A stretch of 46,145 nucleotides of DNA, taken from the IMG/VR virus record IMGVR_UViG_3300037087_000773. One strand, 5' to 3'. Below, one piece after another: positions 42,315-46,145 of this stretch; position 1 is the stretch's first letter; every line of letters begins with the position of its first letter. The position numbers and the translations under genes are program-made. Source of the stretch: a virus. Under the pieces are notes generated by a model. The model was not told the DNA's origin. It saw only the letters and a list, made by a program, of their open reading frames with translations, and ran no database searches.

Positions 42315-42783
42315 ACATAGTTGGTAAAAGATATCCAAATTCCTGATATATATCTTTACAAAGTTGAATTAATTTTTCTCTGTGCTCTTTTTCAGTATCA
42401 CTCAATTTACCTGCGATTGTATCCATATTTTTATAACAATCTTGTAATTCCTCGTAAGTATTCTCGAACCTGCAATGGCTCATGTTCGTTTCATTAATAA
42501 CACTTTCACTGACCTCAATTGATGGGAATTCTTTTTTTACGGCTCTTTTAACAGAATTTTTCAATGAGTCTAAATCACCATCATACCAAGGTGGTACACT
42601 TTTATATTGTTCAACTCTTGCTAATGCGTTTCTTCCTTGACCCAAATCATTTATTGTGAAATGGTCTTTCTTTACACCTTTCACCTCTTTTACTTTTGGA
42701 TGTTCAGCTGGAAAAATACATTTTCCCCTGTTCCTATATTTAGGAATCCTTTTTTCATTTACAAATTCATTAAATTTTTTCAT
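42313..42783 (-). CDS. small protein with N-terminal MKKFNEFVNE leader (156 aa)
   Basis: MKKFNEFVNEKRIPK... Its C-terminal region (EKEHREKLIQLCKDIYQEF) is paralogous to the next gene (EREYYYKLVDLCREFL). Confidence 0.5.
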   Translation of the reverse strand: MKKFNEFVNEKRIPKYRNRGKCIFPAEHPKVKEVKGVKKDHFTINDLGQGRNALARVEQYKSVPPWYDGDLDSLKNSVKRAVKKEFPSIEVSESVINETNMSHCRFENTYEELQDCYKNMDTIAGKLSDTEKEHREKLIQLCKDIYQEFGYLLPTM

Positions 42784-42791
42784 TTTATCAA

Positions 42792-43061
42792 TTATAATTT
42801 TAAAGATGGATGTGATCTTGTAGCTAAAAACTCTCTACAAAGATCCACTAACTTATAATAATATTCTCGTTCTCTTTTTGATAAATCAACACCAGTTCCA
42901 CTCAAATTTTTGAATGATTTTTTCGAATCATCAATTCCATTTGACATGATATCAAAACAATCCGATAATTTATTATAAGCTTCTTCGAAACCAACATTCA
43001 ATCCGTATTTATCACCACTCAGATTGAGTTCTTCATTAATAAATTCATTAAACTTTTTCAT
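42792..43061 (-). CDS. small protein with N-terminal MKKFNEFINE leader (89 aa)
   Basis: MKKFNEFINEELNLSG... It is a paralog of 42313..42783. Confidence 0.5.
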   Translation of the reverse strand: MKKFNEFINEELNLSGDKYGLNVGFEEAYNKLSDCFDIMSNGIDDSKKSFKNLSGTGVDLSKREREYYYKLVDLCREFLATRSHPSLKL

Positions 43062-43389
43062 TTAATCTTTTCTTTAATTGTTCAATCTGTTCATTAAGTT
43101 TAGTAAAATTAAAAGGACCAGCAACTAAGATTGTTTTAATACTTTCCAGAGTTACAATTTCTTCTTTCATTTTTTCTTTCTGAACAAAATTGTATAATTT
43201 ATCAGTGAGTTCATCAACACCAGTTAAGGATATCTCAGCATCTTCAATTTGGGACATTTTTTCACCACTTGGTTCAATATTGGCTTTTACTGTTTCCTTA
43301 ATCAATGAATAAATTTCCTGTTTTGTTTTATCAAAGAACTTTACTGGTTCTTGAACAGATTCATTTTGTCTATCTGTGAATTTTTCCAT
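43048..43389 (-). CDS. small coiled-coil protein with a degenerate leader (MEKFTDRQNE)
   Basis: K-F-x4-N-E spacing matches the KFNEFINE leader. It overlaps the next gene by 14 nt. Confidence 0.45.
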   Translation of the reverse strand: MEKFTDRQNESVQEPVKFFDKTKQEIYSLIKETVKANIEPSGEKMSQIEDAEISLTGVDELTDKLYNFVQKEKMKEEIVTLESIKTILVAGPFNFTKLNEQIEQLKKRLNEKV

Positions 43390-43408
43390 TAGATTTTTTA
43401 GTTATTTT

Positions 43409-43702
43409 TTATGCTTTCGGACCAGTTTCAGAACTTTTTTCTTCTGTCTTTTTCTTTTCCTTTTTCTCTTTCTTTATAACACAATTTTCAACCATGTGGT
43501 ATATTTTCTGAAGTCTTTTTTTACCACATTTCTTTATGTTTTCTTCAATAAACTTTATCTGTCCGGCTGAATCACCTTCCAAATGATGTTCTAAAACAGC
43601 AAATCCACCAACTTCTGTTCTTTTGGTTGATTTTTGCTTTGGCTGTAAATTCTGATATTCAGTGAATTTCAATAAATTTTGTAATTTACTATCTTTTGCC
43701 AT
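43409..43702 (-). CDS. hypothetical basic protein (97 aa)
   Basis: The ATG was verified at 43700-43702. The tail is Lys-rich (KKEKKEKKKTEEK). It has a partial leader-like LLKFTEYQNL at residues 10-19. Confidence 0.4.
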   Translation of the reverse strand: MAKDSKLQNLLKFTEYQNLQPKQKSTKRTEVGGFAVLEHHLEGDSAGQIKFIEENIKKCGKKRLQKIYHMVENCVIKKEKKEKKKTEEKSSETGPKA

Positions 43703-43753
43703 TGTATTCGTGATTATTTTTTATGTATATATTAATATTAAAAATTCATTTTA

Positions 43754-44341
43754 TTAATTGTATGAGGCTAAATCATTAGCCATTTCTTCTGCACAATCAA
43801 AATCAGAGGGTGAATCATATTCATCCCATCTATAAGAATCATTATCCATTAATCTTTTGGATAAATAATTCCTCAATTTTTTATCTGATTGTACTTGATC
43901 CAGTGCCATATCCATCAATTCACTATGATTATAGGGTTCGCCATTTCTATCATCCAATCCTGAGGTCGCTATACTTTGACATATTTCCTTGTATTCTTTT
44001 TCGGATATCATTTTTTCTTTTGATAACTTGGGTGTTTTTACTGGTTTCGTTTTTTCCTTATATTCATTCTTCAATTTTGCTGGCATAATGTATTCATAAT
44101 GTCTTGGATTATCTAATACGATTTCTCTTACCCCATTTCCATCACATTGTTTTAAAGTTGGTGTTTTTCCCGGTGTAATTACCACAAAATCATATTCTTC
44201 TTTCCAAGATGGATGTTTCAATGTTACAACCTCATCCTTTGTATACTCATAATCTTTAATTATATCGTCATTTACTTTATAATCATATTCAAATTTCTTT
44301 AATTCGAATATAAAACTTTGATAATCTTTTATATTTTTCAT
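43754..44341 (-). CDS. hypothetical protein (195 aa)
   Basis: Intact ORF with LKKFEYDY near the N-terminus. No domain recognised. Confidence 0.45.
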   Translation of the reverse strand: MKNIKDYQSFIFELKKFEYDYKVNDDIIKDYEYTKDEVVTLKHPSWKEEYDFVVITPGKTPTLKQCDGNGVREIVLDNPRHYEYIMPAKLKNEYKEKTKPVKTPKLSKEKMISEKEYKEICQSIATSGLDDRNGEPYNHSELMDMALDQVQSDKKLRNYLSKRLMDNDSYRWDEYDSPSDFDCAEEMANDLASYN

Positions 44342-44353
44342 GTAAATATATAT

Positions 44354-45109
44354 TTATTTTTTAAATTCATTTCCTAATTTCAAAGCTTCTTCCTCGGTCA
44401 TGTTTACCATATCATTCTTTGTTAGTTTATCAGGTCTTTTACTCCATTCCACCTTAGCTGCTATATTATGGGCATTATCATACTTCATCCCTTTCTCTTT
44501 CATTAATGTTCTTTCAACATACTCATGTATGAGGACAAATGGGATTTCCTTATCTTTCAATCCATCTTCAATCCAAATTTCATTATTAGGAATCCATTTA
44601 TAAACATAGCCGTGCCCGCCCTCCATAAAATCCGTCTTATATTTATCTCTAACCATTTCTGCATCAACCAGCCAAACCGTCAAATCATCATCTTTTATTT
44701 TACAATATTCTTTCTTATAAATTTTTTCATGACCTTTTTCATCCGTCTTTTCTGGATTCTTATCTCTTTCTTCTCTATATTTCTTATCCATTTTTTCGGC
44801 TTTATGATAAGCATCCCACTTTTCCATCCCATTATCAATCAACTTTAACTTATACAATTCGATATGAATTAGAATATTTCTTTCATCTGTTTTAACATCA
44901 TCCTCAATCCAGATCTCATTTTTTGGAATAAGATTAGGAAAATATGGATATGATGACGATAATCCGAATTCTTCATCACCTTTCGTTAAATCTCTCACTT
45001 TCTCTCCATTTACTGTATAAACTTTATATTTACCGTATTGTTCCACAAGTTCTTTTCCAACATCCTCATTTTTCTTTTCATTAATAAATTCAACAAAGGT
45101 CTTGATCAT
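44354..45109 (-). CDS. protein with N-terminal MIKTFVEFINE leader and an internal tandem-duplicated domain
   Basis: The ORF-track start at 45148 is a TTG. The first ATG is at 45109 and gives MIKTFVEFINEKKNEDV. Two repeats are present: NLIPKNEIWIEDDVKTDERNILIHIELY...GMEKWDAYHKA and KWIPNNEIWIEDGLKDKEIPFVLIHEYV...GMKYDNAHNIA. Confidence 0.5.
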   Translation of the reverse strand: MIKTFVEFINEKKNEDVGKELVEQYGKYKVYTVNGEKVRDLTKGDEEFGLSSSYPYFPNLIPKNEIWIEDDVKTDERNILIHIELYKLKLIDNGMEKWDAYHKAEKMDKKYREERDKNPEKTDEKGHEKIYKKEYCKIKDDDLTVWLVDAEMVRDKYKTDFMEGGHGYVYKWIPNNEIWIEDGLKDKEIPFVLIHEYVERTLMKEKGMKYDNAHNIAAKVEWSKRPDKLTKNDMVNMTEEEALKLGNEFKK

Positions 45110-45204
45110 GTAGTAATTTTTTCTTTTATATATTAATTTTTTGACCAAAAGAAAACCCAGTGGCGAGCTATGACCGAAGTCACAACAGGTCCTAAGCTGT
45201 TTCT

Positions 45205-45478
45205 TTATTTTACGATAAGTAATTCAAATTCTTTCCAGTTTTGAATACCATGTGAATCATTAGAAATTAATATTTTTCTATCTCCATTCTTTTTCCAATC
45301 ATTATTTGTATATACACAACTATCAGGATTTGATATAAATTTCAATTCCATCAGATGTTAATCTGGCATATAATTTAGTACCAGCTTTTTGTATCACTAC
45401 TAAATTATCATAAACATTAACATCATCAAATTTGTTTGAATATTCTTCGTTTAATTTAAATTCATTTAAATGTTTCAT
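45205..45478 (-). pseudogene. frameshifted leader-family gene (MKHLNEFKLNEE...)
   Basis: Read directly from the sequence. Segment 1 (45326..45478) reads MKHLNEFKLNEEYSNKFDDVNVYDNLVVIQKAGTKLYARLTSDGIEIYIKS*. Segment 2 is in the +1 frame (45205..45333) and reads SNPDSCVYTNNDWKKNGDRKILISNDSHGIQNWKEFELLIVK*. The frame break is near ATCAAATCC (about 45323-45333). Confidence 0.35.
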
Positions 45479-45488
45479 CGTAAAAATA

Positions 45489-46142
45489 TTATTTTTTCAT
45501 CTCGGATAAACATAACAAAATAGCTTGCTTTGTTCCGTCAATAACATATTCATATAATCCTCTTACTCCTTGATTTTTAGTAAAAAAACCATCTTTAACT
45601 AAAAATTTATCTATATCTTCCTTATGTTTCAAATAGAAATCGAAAATATCTTCATCTTGAATCAATCCCTCTAAGGTAACAGTCTTTTCTGTTTTCTTGG
45701 GTGGGGTGGAGTTCTCATTAACCCAATCAGTAATAAAATCATTAGTGTCAACATTCTGTGTTTGTGATGATTTTTTAACTAACTCCATTAAATCATTTTT
45801 CAATACTTGAAATTCTATGGCCTCGTCAATTTGATTGATATTAAATGAATATAAATATGTCTGAATCATGTTATATAGCATATCCATATTATAGTAAGCT
45901 TCATCTACTGATTTCTCAATGCCATCTCTATCTGTAATTTTATCCTTTGTTATGATATAATACTTATCACCATTAAATGTGAAATCAACAATATATCCAT
46001 CTTTTGTTTCTGTTATAGAATTGAAATATTCATTTTGACTAACTTCGTTGTTATAAGTAAAATCTTTAATTTCTCTGGCCAAATTATGAAGATCATTCAT
46101 AGAATGATAAGTTGATTTTTCTAAAAATTTTTTATAAGTCAA
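45489..46142 (-). CDS. hypothetical protein with a leader-like N-terminus (MTYKKFLEK), 217 aa
   Basis: Intact ORF starting 3 nt from the window end. K-K-F-L-E-K resembles the leader with an L-x-E element. Confidence 0.45.
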   Translation of the reverse strand: MTYKKFLEKSTYHSMNDLHNLAREIKDFTYNNEVSQNEYFNSITETKDGYIVDFTFNGDKYYIITKDKITDRDGIEKSVDEAYYNMDMLYNMIQTYLYSFNINQIDEAIEFQVLKNDLMELVKKSSQTQNVDTNDFITDWVNENSTPPKKTEKTVTLEGLIQDEDIFDFYLKHKEDIDKFLVKDGFFTKNQGVRGLYEYVIDGTKQAILLCLSEMKK

Positions 46143-46145
46143 TAT

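Noticed and set aside
45150-45235. Possible tRNA or other small RNA gene in the GC-rich island
   Set aside because: I tried to fold both strands into a cloverleaf. There is no 7-bp acceptor stem and no TTCRANY T-loop. Only a 3-bp GAC/GTC mini-hairpin is present. I keep it as an unexplained GC island, not as a tRNA.
1-46145. Mimivirus-type AAAATTGA early promoter octamer as the organising signal
   Set aside because: Only scattered matches were seen, mostly inside coding sequence. There is no enrichment upstream of starts that I could see by eye.

Overview
The window is 46.1 kb, very AT-rich (roughly 27-30% GC by eye), and coding-dense on both strands, with no sign of introns. The gene organisation is prokaryote/phage-like, for four reasons:
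- Many adjacent genes overlap by 4 nt (ATGA) or 1 nt (TAATG): 6267/6270, 22161/22164, 22628/22631, 28441/28444, 30893/30896, 32032/32035, 37319/37322.
- There is an intrinsic-terminator-type hairpin followed by a T-run (42287-42314).
- The window encodes a bacterial-type NusG, an IS605/IS607-type TnpB, and a NUMOD3 / PD-(D/E)xK homing endonuclease.
- No upstream region that I inspected carries a Shine-Dalgarno sequence. This is compatible with a Bacteroidota-like host, with a large phage or virus of such a host, or with an NCLDV-like replicon. I cannot assign the taxon from sequence alone.

Content, left to right:
(1) A complete major vault protein (MVP) homolog occupies 1-2424.
(2) Glycan cluster I spans about 4.7-18.5 kb. 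It holds GDP-mannose 4,6-dehydratase, a TylCIII/TcaB9-like sugar methyltransferase, and a tandem FkbM methyltransferase. It also holds a GT1/GT4 glycosyltransferase and a 1615-aa mosaic protein (FkbM-MT / GT-A / class-I MT / GT2 / class-I MT / unknown).
(3) A central accessory block spans 18.8-24.9 kb. It contains small proteins that share an N-terminal leader resembling the phage T4 capsid-targeting sequence. It also contains a GNAT acetyltransferase gene split by a TnpB-encoding element with imperfect terminal inverted repeats (TIRs). A tight minus-strand operon follows (nucleoside 2-deoxyribosyltransferase-like, homing endonuclease, NUDIX, bona fide NusG, and small ORFs).
(4) Glycan cluster II spans 25.0-41.2 kb. 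It holds two HAD/nucleotidyltransferase fusions with swapped domain order and cupin-FkbM and FkbM methyltransferases. It also holds a GDPD-like protein, GT2 and GT-A enzymes, a tandem-GT25 enzyme, and a Helicobacter-type GT10 alpha-1,3/4-fucosyltransferase.
(5) A block of at least seven consecutive small genes at 41.3-46.1 kb carries the same N-terminal leader. In T4, the matching sequence is followed by an (I/L/V)-x-E prohead-protease site.

The candidates for novelty are:
- a leader-tagged family of putatively packaged proteins;
- a very large, methylation-heavy glycosylation system with unusual domain fusions;
- a conserved GC-rich 12-mer (TGRATTGACCCC) in both divergent promoter regions heading the glycan operons;
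- an MVP gene in a prokaryote-like context.
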